Notes: generated from the sequence alone by a model not told the origin. A DNA stretch of 64,000 nucleotides from Camelus ferus (GCF_009834535.1 NC_045697.1:116376001-116440000), one strand, 5' to 3'. Positions 50,170-62,976 are shown, counted from the stretch's first letter. Translations and numbers: made by a program.

Positions 50170-51250
50170 AGGGAGTCACCCGAATCCTTCCAAGACTTTG
50201 TAATCTCTGCTTTTGAAAAATGTGGCAACACTGCAATGCAAATATCCACAGGCACGCACAGATATAGAAATTAAATGCAAATACTGTTGCACTGCATAGA
50301 AAGTAGCTGTTACTTTCATATGAAGCATCAGGCGAAGAAATCATTAATCAGGAAGCCCATTTTAAAATTAATTTTTCCATGTAGTTGAAAATGCCGTGAC
50401 AGAATGCATAAATAGGCATTCTGCATTGTATGCAACCCACGAAGACACTTCCAGTTTCTTGTGAGACCTCCACACCATTCAGGAACTGTCAGAGGGCACA
50501 CTAACATAACCTTGTACAAATTTACATTTAAAATTAAGTTCAAACTTACACAAAATGGATGTGTGTGAAGAACAGAATCTTTGGCAAAACGGTTCCATAA
50601 GAACATCTGATCTAGACATACTGAAATTTATATTTTTCAAGTTTATCACAAATTTCTGTCAGTGCTGTCACAACCTTTAAGTCTCCAGTAACAGTCACAG
50701 TGAGCAGAAACAGCTTTCTCAAAATAAAAGAATTATCAAAAGTTATTTGCCATCTTGCGTTTGCCAGCAGCGACTAACGCTGCTTTTAATTTTATCAATT
50801 GAGGTATAAATTTTTTTTTGGTTTTCTTTTTGGGGGGTAATTAGGTTTTTATTTATGTATTTTTTTTTAATGGAGGTACTGGGGATTGAACCCAGGACCT
50901 TGTGCATGCTAAGCATGCACTCCACCACTGAGCTATACCGTCCCCACTGACTGATGTATAAATTTTGATGACTCATACAACTGACTTTGCAGAAGAATGA
51001 GCCAGAAAACTTACAATGAATCAAAACATCACGCTAGGTATTATTATTGATTACACTATATAAAACTATTACACCAAAACATTTTTTTTCAATTTACAAG
51101 TTTATGTTAGTCATGTATCACTGCTATTCCTCTTACATTTTATAAGTAAACTATTTTTAATGGAAAAGCCTTACACTGTTTACCTTTAATAGCACTTTTT
51201 CCTGCTTTTTGAACAAGGGGCCCCACATTTTCATTTTTGAGCCCAAGCTG
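50170..51250 (+). mobile_element. Degenerate hAT (Tip100/Zaphod-like) transposase 3' fragment, interrupted by a SINE
   Basis: Frameshifted translation near 50685-50795 gives PVTV..AETAFSK*KIIKSYLPSCVCQQRLTLLLILSIE, resuming after the SINE as INFDD...FAEE*ARK, i.e. the hAT C-terminal dimerisation motif. Confidence 0.7.
50811..50946 (-). mobile_element. tRNA-derived SINE (Vic-1-like)
   Basis: ggggattgaacccaggaccttgtgcatgctaagcatgcactccaccactgagctataccgtcccc; flanks share gtataaatttt. Confidence 0.87.
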
Positions 51251-51453
51251 CTTATTTTAGGTGTAAGTTCACTAGAGGTTCATTACTTTCCAAGCCAGGC
51301 CTCGATTCGGATTATAGCTTTTGAAGACTTTGGAAGGAGTGGGTTGGGGAATGCTATTCACCTTTGAATTTGAACCTGAGGGGACAGAAGGATGGAAAAG
51401 CATTTTTAGTAAGAGATGTCTGAAGGGGAAGGCTTCTAATAGGATCACCTGCA

Positions 51454-51575
51454 GGGAGGGTACAGCTCAGTGGTGGAGCATGTACTTTGCATGCACAGGT
51501 CCTAGGTTCAATCCCCAGTGCCTCCATTAAAAAAAAAATAATAAAAGTTAAAAATTTAAAAATCTAAAAAAAGAG
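51454..51575 (+). mobile_element. tRNA-derived SINE (Vic-1-like)
   Basis: gggagggtacagctcagtggtggagcatgtactttgcatgcacaggtcctaggttcaatccccagtgcctcc(A)n. Confidence 0.83.
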
Positions 51576-51767
51576 TTAAAAGAGTAAAAAAGAAAAAATA
51601 AATTTCTTATCATGGATACCAATTATCATAAAAAGTAAAAATACAAAATGGAAAGAAAGCAAAAAGGGCCTGAACCACGGTGAAACCAGTGGATAAGACC
51701 ACCTGTGTCCTCCAATCCCAGAAGCTGTCATGATGACGCAGGGCCAGGGGTGCCTTCTGGCAGCTGC

Positions 51768-51920
51768 AGGGACGGGGGCGCGGGGATGGGGATGTGGGGA
51801 CAGGGACACAGGGATGGGGACAGAGACGGGGAAGGGGATGGGGATGCGGGAGGCAGAGATGGGGGACGAAGGGACAGGGATGTGGGGACAGGGATGGGGA
51901 TGTGGGGATGGGGATGGTGA
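51768..51920. repeat. G-rich degenerate (GGGGAT/GGGACA)n repeat
   Basis: Directly visible. Confidence 0.85.
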
Positions 51921-53057
51921 CAACAGCCACACTGGCGGCATTTCCTCTGCCAGCTCTGTCCCGCCTGACCTGACTTGTGGTGTGAGCACAGCCATCACAC
52001 TGCTGAGGGGGACATGGCACCTCCTTCTCACCTGCATCCACAAGCGGGAGCAAGTTCCTGGCCCCACACCAACTCCAGGCGCTTAACCACTCAGTTCCAA
52101 GCCCACTACCCAAGGAGCCGCTCCTCAGCCAGTGAGTTGATGTAATTCCTTCTCTCTGTCCAGCTCCCTGGGGTGGTGGGGCCGCGGGAGAAGGGGGCCA
52201 GCACAGTTGCGCTGCACATGCCTCGGCCCCTCGTTTCCCACCGTGTCCTTTCAGTATCACCTCTTCCATGAAGCTCCCCTGCCCCCAACACTAAAACACC
52301 TGACGCCTCTCAAGTGCTTATCACTTAGGGTCTCCACACCCTCGTTTATATGCGTATCATCTTCGGTGCAGATGTGTGGACGAATTCACGTTTACCCCGT
52401 CACAGATCCCCGCGCGTGGCGATTACTGGTCAATTACAAAGTCCACCATCTGACATATGCATCTTCATAGGTACAACCTACCTTAATTCCCTTTTAAGTT
52501 TTTGGATTGTTGGAAGAAGAGGCTGGACGCTGTAGATGTAACATTGCACTAAGTCCAAAATGTCCATTTTGCAACATAACTAAACCCACTTAAATGAAGA
52601 CAGAAAGTATCCTGAGGCCGAACCTCTTCATAATCAGGCTCATGGCTGTTGAGTTTAAGAATCTAAGTTTTCTAAAGAGAGTCTGTCACAAGCCTCGAGT
52701 CTGGATATTTTCAAAGACCACACTGGTGTCACTGTCGGCCAAGGAAAGCTGTACTCCACCCTCCTAATTCACAAAAGCCACATCTCAGGGAGCCAGAAAA
52801 GACAGAGCAGGCTCATTTCCAATGGACGAATCTGGCCCCCTCACAGCTACGCGGGTATTTCCCAGTGTCCTCCAAACCAGGAGATTTTTGTTTTTTTAAA
52901 AATTTTTTTTCTTTCCATGAAACCTCTAATTTGTGAACTTTCAGGCTGAGCGGGAGCCAGTGTCTGCGTGGGTGGCAGGTGCCCACCGCATGCCCGTCTC
53001 AGTGGGCGGCCCCCCACCCCCCGGCACCCGCCTCAGCAAGAGGGACCCGCAGCTCAC

Positions 53058-53187
53058 CTCCTCGGCGGGATGCCGTTTTCCAGACGTGTCGTCTGACTTC
53101 GGAGCCAGCGGCGCTGGTAACTGCTGGAAGAGGACGTCGAGGAGCTCGGAGATGGGAAAGGGGTGACCAGAAGGCTGCTGAGTGAGG
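53058..53187 (-). CDS. FNIP2: FNIP2 coding exon (130 nt; [42 protein letters not shown])
   Basis: Acceptor ccccacag|CC, donor AG|gtgagc; inside ORF 53054..53452; Ser-rich FNIP segment. Confidence 0.95.
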
Positions 53188-56100
53188 CTGTGGGGCAGAA
53201 AGTCCGAAAGCTGAGCTCAGCGAGGCCACCTGAACCTGCACTTTGAAACACAAGCCAGGTCACCTCAACCTTCAGGCCCTCCCAGCCACCCTCAGCAGGG
53301 GGACTGGCTTCTCTAAGACGGCTGTACAGCCAAGAAACGTCCTTTAAAAGGGAGAACAGGGTTGCAGACACAGCCAGGGCACCACGGCAAATGCAAACAA
53401 CTGCTGCTCCCCCGGTCTGTGCACACGGCAGGTCTCTGACGGCGGGGTGCACCCAACTACGGTACTGCTCCCCGGTGACGGAAGCCGTGCATGCTGTTCA
53501 CCTACACACACTTCCCTTCCTGACGACTTCTTCACTCTGTATTTTGAGGTGAAATCCAGGCTAAAAAGGAGCCCCTCCTGCCCTCAACCCCCAAATACAC
53601 AACACCACCCACCCTCCCCCAGCCCTGCCACTCCCCAGCTGTGAAGGCACAACCTCTAGCACCGAGCAGATTTTCTGCCTGGATTACTCATTTGCCTCCC
53701 AGCCTCTCTGCTTCCTCCTGTACGTGGTCCCCGAGCTGCACCAGGTCTCGCAGTAAGCGTGAGGCGCGCGCCAGCCCGACCAGCCCCCATCCGGACAGGC
53801 AAAGAGCATCTTTCAAACCCCAGCTGCTGGGTGGGGGCTGCTGGTTTAGAAGAACAGGAGGAGATGGAATTTTTCTCCTTTTACTGCCCCAGGGCTCAGG
53901 GACCAAGACACCAAAACGTTACTCGGTCTAGTGGAGGAGGGAACGTTACAACGGCCGGTCAACATTTTCAGAAGCGAGTCACGCACGGGGCAGAGGACAC
54001 GGATTTCACTAAACGCGGTATACTACGCTCGTGGGTAGCACTTGGAAGGCAGTTTCTCCACATGAGCCATCATATTCCTATTTATACTCTACAGGCAGAT
54101 GGCAATAAGCCGAGTCCCTCGGCCTGAGTTCCAGAATCCTGCCACAGTGACTTGGTGGCAAGTCCGGTGTCTACGGTGTGCCAGGCATTGTGTGTGCACC
54201 TGGGGTCCCCCATGGAGCTGCACGGCCGCCAGGCTGGAGTCCCACACAGCTAGGATGCCAACGGCTCCGGTGCCACGAGCATCTCTAACATGCTCTTCCT
54301 CTGATCTGGTCCGATGCACAGAACACATGCCTGCTAGATCTTATTCATCTTTGATCCTTGTACCCAGGACAGCGCCGGGGACACAACAGACAATTAGTAA
54401 ACGTTTGCAAACGGATGGCGCTTCTGCACTGGTGTCACCAGATGAGGCTGGCGCCAGCAGACGACCAGGTTTCAGCCTTGAGGCTGGACTCAAACTTCCA
54501 AAATCAAATCCCTGTTCCAAACAGCATCAGGCAGGTAGCGTTACCGAGAATTCTGAAGGGGGAGAGAAGAGAATTTTCTCTCAAAGTCACACAAAATTAC
54601 TTAATAAAAAACCCTAATTAGACACTTATGCCTGCCCCCAGGTTCCCAAAGCCCCTTGTAAGACGCAGGAGATTCTTGTCCCTTATTCCCACACCTTCAA
54701 GGTTCCCTGTCTCTCTCCCGGTGTCAGGCCAAGCAAATCACCTCCTTGGCAGGTGGAGGACAGGATTGAGGGCCAGTACTTGTACCAGAAACACTTCTTC
54801 CCTATCAGAGAAGCAGGTGGAGACGACCCCAAGGTCCAGTGTGTGCTGGGCAGTGTGCTGCTGCGTCCCTGGGTTCAGTGAAGCGAGGAAGAGCCCGGAT
54901 TCCTGCTCAGACCCCAGCGCTGCTACGAGGGCAGCTCGCCTAACCTGTCAGCGTTCTCATCTGTGAGACGGGGGCAGGAAAGGACCGCGTCTCAGTGTGT
55001 TTCAGGAGGGGTGCAATTTGTAGTTGGTTAGGGATTGTTTAGTGGATCAAAACCAGCATTTAAAAAAAAAAAAGGAGCAGAAAAGAAAATAGAGTAGATT
55101 GTAGCATTAACATGAAGGGAGGACACTTTTGTTTGTTATGTATAAAGATGCTTGTTACTGGATCATGATGTGAAATGCATTCACGTGGGCTGCAGACAAA
55201 TGAAAAGTCTGCAAGCCACTGACCTATCTCAGAAGGTTCCTGTGAGGATTAAACACATCAATTCAAGTCAAACGCTTAGCCCGGCGCCCCACACAATAAA
55301 TGTCAGCTGTGCTCTCTCTCTGATCATTCTTGGCAAAGGTGCATTAAGGAAGACATTTCGGAGTACTCAAAGGTCATTCATTCTGATTACTTAATTATGG
55401 AAAGACCTAGAACTTGTAATACAGACATGAAAAGGAAAGGCAAAAAATTAAAATAATAATAAAAAAAACCCGAGGAGGATGTCCTCTTATCCTCACTATA
55501 AAACGCTGAATAACAATTTTTATGGAAGACATAAATGAATTTATTTACAAAGCAGAAAGAGACTCACAGACATAGAAAACAAACTTATGGTTATCGGGGG
55601 GGAAGGGGAGCTGGCAAAGACATCCTCCAGTTGATGCCTCACTTGTAAGACGGGAGACTTTTGAATGAAACTCGTCATAGGCTGTTTCAGCTTTACAAGT
55701 GCTCTGTCTAACACGCCTTAATGTCGTTAGTCTCACTTTCCTTTTCAGAATACTTTTCTGATTAGAAAAAAAAAAACGGTAAGACATACAGCTTGCAAAG
55801 GCTTCTGCAGTTCTGCACATTAGTAAGAAAGTGGTTGGTGCCTCCATCCCCACCCTTCTGGCGGAGGGGGAGCTCTTCCACGAACATCTAGTTATTGCTG
55901 CTGAAATGTGCAGTGAGAACAGAGAGTAAGTCTAATGGCTTAAGAATGCTGATTGCTGGCTCTTCTTGGGCCTGTGTCATTTGTCGTGCAAGTTCAAGAT
56001 CAATGTTTAACTTTCTTTGGAAATATGGTTGCTATTGGGAGAGTTTACTAGAAACACTGGACTGATGATCTGGCTGCAGACTTTGGATCTGAAGAAATAA

Positions 56101-57567
56101 TGCCCTGAAACTGTTATGACACATGTTTCCTGAGCATGGAATAAATAAACATCCTGATTTCAGATTGTGACAAGGTCATACGATTTTCTTGAAGCAGCTA
56201 GGGCAAAGATTTACGGGGGTGGTCAAGGTAAACTTTCTAATCAGCGGTTGGAGAACAGCCTTGTGAAAATGGGGCATCTCAACTAAGACTTAAAAGCCAG
56301 GAGACCCAGCCGTGGGAAGGGCTGCCCAGGTGTTCTGAATGAAAGTAGCTGGATATATTAATAACTCTTTCAAAAACCTATGTGCATTTCTCCCTGTATA
56401 TACGGGGACATATACATCCCCACTGCCCTGATTCAAACATCCTTTGAGCATCTTCAATTTGTGTGCCGGGTGGACTTGGCCTCGGGGGACAGAGCAGTCA
56501 GCAGACACAGGAGGTGCATCTCCGCTCTCAGGGAGCTCACGCGCTAGGGGAGAAGAAGAAACAAAGATGCCCGAGGAAGCACAGGAGACCCACAGAAGGT
56601 GGTGAGTCACAGGGAACCACCTGGACCCTGGAAAGGGAAGACTGAGGGTTGGAGCTCAGATGCTGCTGTCATTTCTCCAGTGGGAGAATTCCCACTGACT
56701 CGCTGATGCAGCTGGAATCCGTGATCACGGGATCAAAGGCGCAGCAGCACGCCCGGAGGGTGGAGGGGCAGGGCTCTGGCCCACGTTCAGGGCAAGTGCG
56801 AACGCTGGCCCAGAACCGCGGGTTCGGACCTGCCACACCCCCCACCTGCAAGGAGGCACCTTGGGCAAGGACGCCGGGAGTGCTCCCAGCCTTCTGTCGC
56901 TTCTGCAGCTTGGACAGACGGGTCTGTGTGTATCTGGGAACGCTCCTGGCAAAGTAAAGCTACGTGAACGGGGTCAGCATCTCCTTCCTCTCCAAGCTCA
57001 ACTTGTACCAGCATCTCACTGCATCCACCTCCCCTGGGCTCCTGGTGCACGCGGTCTTGCCAGTCCTTACACGCAGACTGCATGGCCTGTCCCCCCTCTG
57101 TCTCCGCCCCCCTGGCCTAACTCGCTCTCTGCTCTGGTCTCCGTGAGGCTGGTTACCAGGGGCACTCAAGTCAGCTGAAATTTCATCTCCTTGGAGAGGC
57201 CTCCCAAGCACCCTTTCCAGCTCAGTGATGAATACTTGCCTGCATTTCATTGACTATGACCCACGTGTCCTTCACTGAATATAAACTCCATCAGGACATA
57301 GGGGATCATGTCTATTGGATCACTGATCTGTCCCACAGCCTGCAAAAATGTCTGGCACGTAAGATGCTCAAGAAACGCTGCCTGAAAATGAGCAGATGAT
57401 GACGTGCAGGACAGGGATGCCTGCCTCAATTGATAAGTATGACAGGGGCAAGGCATTAGAAAACAATTTCTAGGCAGAGTCCAAAGTCTGAGTTTGTTAA
57501 AAGCTTCCTGTGGTCAGAGCTGTATACACAGTGCTTGGATTTTCTCTTTTTCTTCCCCCATTTTGTC

Positions 57568-57676
57568 TGGTAGTGGTGGTGGTGGTGGTGATGGTGACGG
57601 TGGTGGTGGTGACCTGTCACTGTGGTAGTGATGGTGGTGGTGGTGGTGGAGGTGGAGGTAGAGGAGGTGGTGGTAA
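57568..57676. repeat. Degenerate (GGT)n trinucleotide repeat
   Basis: Directly visible. Confidence 0.9.
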
Positions 57677-57896
57677 TGTTACTCAGTAAACACATGTGGC
57701 TTAATGTCTTGAGCGGGCTTGTAATAGACGACACTCCAGTGGCAGCAAGCACACCTTGTGTCCTGACCTCGGAATCTAATTCCATCCTCCAGTGACAGCC
57801 AGGACTCCATGAAGACAAGACTGACTCCGGGACTTGGGTAGAAAATATACAAGGCAGATCTGGAGCATCCAGTCTGGACAGAAGGTCAGAAGTGCT

Positions 57897-57924
57897 ACAC
57901 ACACACACACACACACACACACAC
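57897..57924. repeat. (CA)n microsatellite
   Basis: Directly visible. Confidence 0.95.
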
Positions 57925-57929
57925 GGGAC

Positions 57930-59020
57930 TGGTATGTTAAAGAAACACAGGAGCCATGGTTCCCAAACCCAAAGCTGGAGGACTCAGAGCAACAAAATAA
58001 GGTGGTATTGTGATGACCCATTTGAAAAATAAATATCTGAGTCCACATTGATACAGAAGGGTGGGTGGGTGGATGGATGGATGAGGGAGGCACAGTGGAT
58101 GAGGGCTCTGCCCCCAGGAGCAGGCACAGTCTCCAGCTGTAGGTGTGGGCTACACGGTGACCTCCTTCCTGAGTTGCTGTGAGGGGTCCGAGTTAGGGGA
58201 CAGGGAGAAGCTGGACACACCCGACTCCGCCAGGTGCCCAAGGCCAACGTCACGGTCACGACTTAGGCTGACTGCACGCACCCTTATGTGATGTGATGAG
58301 AGTGGCACTTCACCTCTGTGATCCTTCTTCCAGACACCCGTCACCCCCGTCTAGCCACGCCGAAAACACCAAACACATCCTAACAGCCGGCATTCCGCAC
58401 AACACCCGCCCACTACTTCTCAAAGCTGTGAGAGTCGTCACGACAAAGAAGTCTGAGAAACACCCCAGCCTGGAGGGAACTACAGGCGGTGACAACAAAG
58501 GGGACCCGGTCCTGGAACAGGAAAACGACACTGGGTAAGAACCAAGGACTTGGAAGTAGACTGTGGGCTTCAGAGAATAATAACATGTCGATCTGGGTTC
58601 AGTCACTAGGACGAGTGCACTGCACTGTGTAAGACGTTAGTGACGGGGCAGGCTGGGAACCCCTGTGCTCCCATCTCGGTTTTCCTGCAAATCTAAAACT
58701 GCTCTGAACACGGTAAACAATCTTGTGGTTACCAGGGAAAGGGGGTGAGAAGGGATGAGCTTGGGAGATTCAGATTTGCAAATGTTGGCCACTATATATA
58801 AAAATAGATTCAAAAAACAAATTTCTTCTGTACAGTACAGGAAAATATATTCAATATCTTGTAACAACCTTTAATGAAAAAGAATGTGAAAATGAATCTA
58901 TGTGTGTATATGCATGACTGGGGCATTGTGCTGTACACCAGAAACTACTTCAATTAAAAAAATTTTTTTAAATAAAAATTTTTTAAAAACTGCTCTGAAA
59001 AACAAAACCTGTTTAAAAAT
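57930..59020 (+). mobile_element. Old L1MC-like 3' region with a younger L1 3' end nested at 58709-58985 (TSD aaaactgctctgaa at 58695-58708 / 58986-58999)
   Basis: Exact 14-bp TSD around ggtaaacaatcttgtggttaccagggaaagg...cttcaattaaaaa; host ends ...tttcctgcaaatctaaaactgctct. Confidence 0.75.
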
Positions 59021-61163
59021 ATTCCCCCCATCTCTCAACTCTTCAGATACGAGGTTAAAAACTACAGGAGAAAGAAATCATCAACATCTTTAATTTCTCT
59101 ACATCTCCTACTGCTGCCAATTCAGTCAAACACTGGGAGTCCCTGTTCTGCTCCAGGACTAGGACCTTGGTCCCCGCACGATGCAGGTGACGTCACCAGG
59201 AGAGACCTGGAGACCAAATCACAGTGGGGACACAAGAGGACTTAGCAGAGGGCTGCCCTCCCCGGGGGTGACCCTCACCCCAATCTAAGAGCAGCTCCCA
59301 CTAAGAAAGGTGAGCACATCCTCCAAGAGAAGGGAGACCACCTGCAGCCCCACACCCGCCCTTCCTCCAGCAGGAGAGCTGGAGCCTGGAAGGAGAGACT
59401 CCTGGGCCAGGGGCCATGCCGCCAGAGAGGCCAGGGCTCACGCCTGCTCCCCCGACCCCCACAGGAAAACTGAGACCCGGCTGTGACAGACCTCTCCCTC
59501 CAATTCAAACTTCGCTCCTCAATGCTCCTGCTTCTCAAAGGGCAAGGAAAGCTAGTTTCAGGAGCAACTGACAATCTGAACGGTACCAAACCAATGGGAT
59601 TCTGACATGTACAACACGAACCCTTTACATCAATTATGGCATAAACCGAGACGTGAGCTGGGAACCTCCAAAGCTGCCCGACGTGTCTGGTGGACCAGCT
59701 CCCTCGGTGTCTCTTTAATCTCTTCTGGAACAAGAAGGGGCAAAACACACATAAACACAGGGAGGTTCCTGCAGGAACCCTGCGGGTCAGGGTCAGAATG
59801 GGCCCCCGGTAAACGGTGGACAGTTGTCTTCCTCTCTTTCTTTCTTTCGCAGAGAGGTAAAGAGCACACGCCACACCAGGCCCAACATACTAAATTCTAT
59901 GAGCCACTCGGGCAGCAGTTCTGACTGAGAGTGATCTCGGTTCCACGGTGGTGCCCACATCTTCTTCCCTGGAAGTTCAGCCAGAACAAAGCCCGCCCCA
60001 GGCCAGCCCTGGGAGGAGGCGGAGGGGGAGGAGGAGGAGGAGGAGCCTCACAGCCCTGAGTAACTGACGGACGGATGTAACTCAGAGACGTTGGACACAC
60101 CTGCGGAGGGGATGCTGACCGGGCCCCATGATGAAGTTTCCCCGAGAATCATCAAGCACACACAAAAAGTAAAACAGTTCTCTGGGCACCTCGTAAGCTC
60201 CTCACTTTCTCAGATTTTATGTTTGTACAAAAATTGCTACAAATGAAAATGACAGAGGTCTAATCAACAGGAATTAACTACACTTCCGCCCAACAGGTCA
60301 CCACCCAACTTGACGTGCGGAAGGATTAGGAAGACCAAAATGAATCTACTAGTGTCATGTCATTTAACCATTAATAAAATGCTGCGTCCCTTCCACTCTG
60401 TGACACAAACAAACCAAACAGGCTGACTCAGTAGCAAACTCCCTTTCGTCTGTAAAGCGGGGCAGGGCTGCGCTGAGCGGTGCAGGGACCAGGCGCTCGG
60501 GACCCAGGGCTCCTCCGAGAGCACCTGAGCGGGAAGCCAGTGAGCGAAGGCACCGAGCCTGGACCCCTGCAGGCAGGTGGCCCATGTCACTGGAGAGACG
60601 GGCAGGTGCCCCGACTCTGCAGGCACTCAGCCCACATGCCCCCGAACCCCCGAATTTCAGATCATTCATTCAGCACCCTTCTTTCAGCAGCATGGACGCT
60701 ATTTTGGATCTGAACCACAAATCAAAAACCAACAGCAGAATCGTGGGCAAAAGCAGAAACCCACAGATCCTAAAAGCAGCACTAGGAAAGTTTAAGGCTT
60801 GACACCAGGAGGGAGGGAGTCCTGGGGATGAGACCCAGGCCAGCGTGGCACCAGGACAGAAGGAAGGGTGACAAGTCAGCTGGCAGCCCCACTCACGGTG
60901 GTGGACAGACTTACTCCCACAGACCCGGTCCTTCCCCCGATTCCGCGCTCAGTGCTCAGCAAGCAAGTTCCCAGAATGACTGGCTCCAGGAGGTTTCCCT
61001 CTAAAAAGAAACCTCCCCAAGCACAGGAGTCTCCCAGGGGTGTGGGCGTCAGGAGAAACCGGCCCACGTGCACCACACGCTGTGCGTCAGTCCCGGAGCT
61101 TCAACACGGGAGGCCCTGGGATGGTCCCAGCGGGCAGGCACCCCAGGAGGAGGAAAGGCGTAC

Positions 61164-61235
61164 CTGATCGGGCAATGCCGCTGTCCCTGTCCTCATTCTG
61201 TCCTCTGCTCGGCATGTCCACAGGAGTGCTGTGTG
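61164..61235 (-). CDS. FNIP2: FNIP2 coding exon (72 nt; [23 protein letters not shown])
   Basis: Acceptor ttttcctcag|CA, donor G|gtacgc; inside ORF 61087..61338; FNIP-family peptide. Confidence 0.95.
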
Positions 61236-62604
61236 CTGAGGAAAAGGCAAAGGAAGCTACGTTACTGGGCTCTCCGAAGAGCCAGCCGTCTAAAATCTGC
61301 TGTGACGTTTGCGTCTCAGGGCAGGCGACAGCCCGCAATGACTGGCTCGGGTTTACAGAGAGATGCGCCAGAGAGCAAAGTTCAGGCCATTATGGACTTT
61401 GGTGAGAGGAGGCGGGAAACAGAATCAAGTCCCCACCGGCCTGTCCCTGCCCCACTGCAGCAGAGAAGCCTCTCTGAGGGACACTTGTCTCTCAGAGAAA
61501 CGGAACAGTAAACTGCGCGTGCAGTGGGTGCCACGGACAAGCGTGCTCAGGCAGGTTGTTCCAGCCGTCTTCCTCGTTATTAGTATTTAAATAGCGCTGC
61601 ATTCCCAAACTGCTTTGGAGCTGGTCTTAGCAGTGGCTGGGGACAACCTGGAGAGGAGACGGGCTTGAAAACCATCTCATTAACATAAAAGGGGCTCCTC
61701 TGTTTCTAACCCACTGTCTTGGCAGACAGAAAAGACTTCCACTCACTTTGAAGTAGACTCCAGGGGGGTGATGTGTTGCTACGGGGAGGCTTCCGCGCCC
61801 GAGGAACCCACCCGCTGCCTGCCTGTGGCACCCGCGGCTACTTTGTGAAGCACGTTTATTTTCCCAGTTTGCAGGAGAGCATGCACACATGCCATCCTCG
61901 TGCTGAAGTAGGTGGGAGGGTGCCCGTTAGCCACGCAGGTTTTCAGGTTACCGAGGCAAACAGCGTAGAACGCCACTTGCCACCAACCACTTTGAGTGTC
62001 AGTAACGAAGGTTCCCACACGTGTTAAGCTCGCCAGAGTGCGGCAGACGCGCGACAGCTTTAGCTGGGAGGCTGGGCCATCTCAGAACAGACGCAGCCCA
62101 GAGACACCTCGAGGTGATTACATCTGTCAAGAAGCTGGAAAGTACATTTCAACTACTTAAATGCTAGCGGGTGAGAGAGAGATGAGGGAGTGTGTGGGGG
62201 GGTCATCCATGCTCTTATTAGAGTGATTTTGAAGACATTCTGTGCAAGAAAGGGTGCGGGTAAAGAAATGGACCAGAGACACCACGGCCAAGAGAAACGG
62301 TTCACAGCAGCAGAAGAGGTGGAGGAAAATCACAGAATGTTGTCCTCTTAGAAACACGAAGGGCTCGTTTTAGATCACAATTAGCTCACGCTGGGCTGTT
62401 AGCAGAGCCGTGGGTGAGAGAGGTTCACTGGTGGAATTTTCAAAACACCAGGAACTTGGCAACGTTTGGAACGGACATCTCAAGAGCCCCTTGGGTTTCT
62501 CGAGAGGCACCAAATAGGATTTTGTTTTCTAAGAACCTGCCCAGGATGTATTGCTGTGCGGTGGGGGTGGGGGGGTCCCCCTGGGCTCAGCATTCCACAC
62601 AAAC

Positions 62605-62694
62605 CTGCAAAGAAAGAGGCGCTGCGGGTGAGCCGGAGAGGTCCTCCTTCAGCGCCCCCCTGCAGCTGTCTGCTGCCCCAGGACTGCAGTGGCC
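62605..62694 (-). CDS. FNIP2: FNIP2 90-nt cassette-type exon (PLQSWGSRQLQGGAEGGPLRLTRSASFFA)
   Basis: Acceptor ctccag|GG, donor G|gtttgt, phase 1-1 and frame-preserving; GPLRLTRSASFFA matches FNIP1 GPLRLIRSASFFA; visible inside ORF 62480..62863. Confidence 0.85.
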
Positions 62695-62875
62695 CTGGAG
62701 GTGGAGACACACGGGAGGGCGGACACAGCACACACACACACAGAGAAACACGGATTAAAGATGGGGCAAAATAAATACACAGAGAACAACACCACCACAG
62801 ACACTCAGAAAGCGAATGCACGCCCACGAGAGTGGTTCCCAGAAAGAAAGAGCCCAGCCACACGGCGGATTTTAC

Positions 62876-62976
62876 CTAGGTTGCTTCCGGGACGACAGGG
62901 ACCCAGATTGTTCTGATTTGTGTTCAGTTTCCCCAAGTTGGGATCTTGGTTGATGTATTCAAAGCTGTCTTGCAAG
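62876..62976 (-). CDS. FNIP2: FNIP2 coding exon (101 nt; [33 protein letters not shown]); most 5' exon found in the window
   Basis: Hand translation of the minus strand; acceptor tttag|C, donor G|gtaaaa; peptide matches recalled FNIP2; phase fits the downstream exons. Confidence 0.92.

Noticed and set aside
49486..50274. 221-aa and 149-aa ORFs with an imperfect 18-bp repeat
   Set aside because: No recognisable homology; GC-rich intronic sequence next to a transposon fossil
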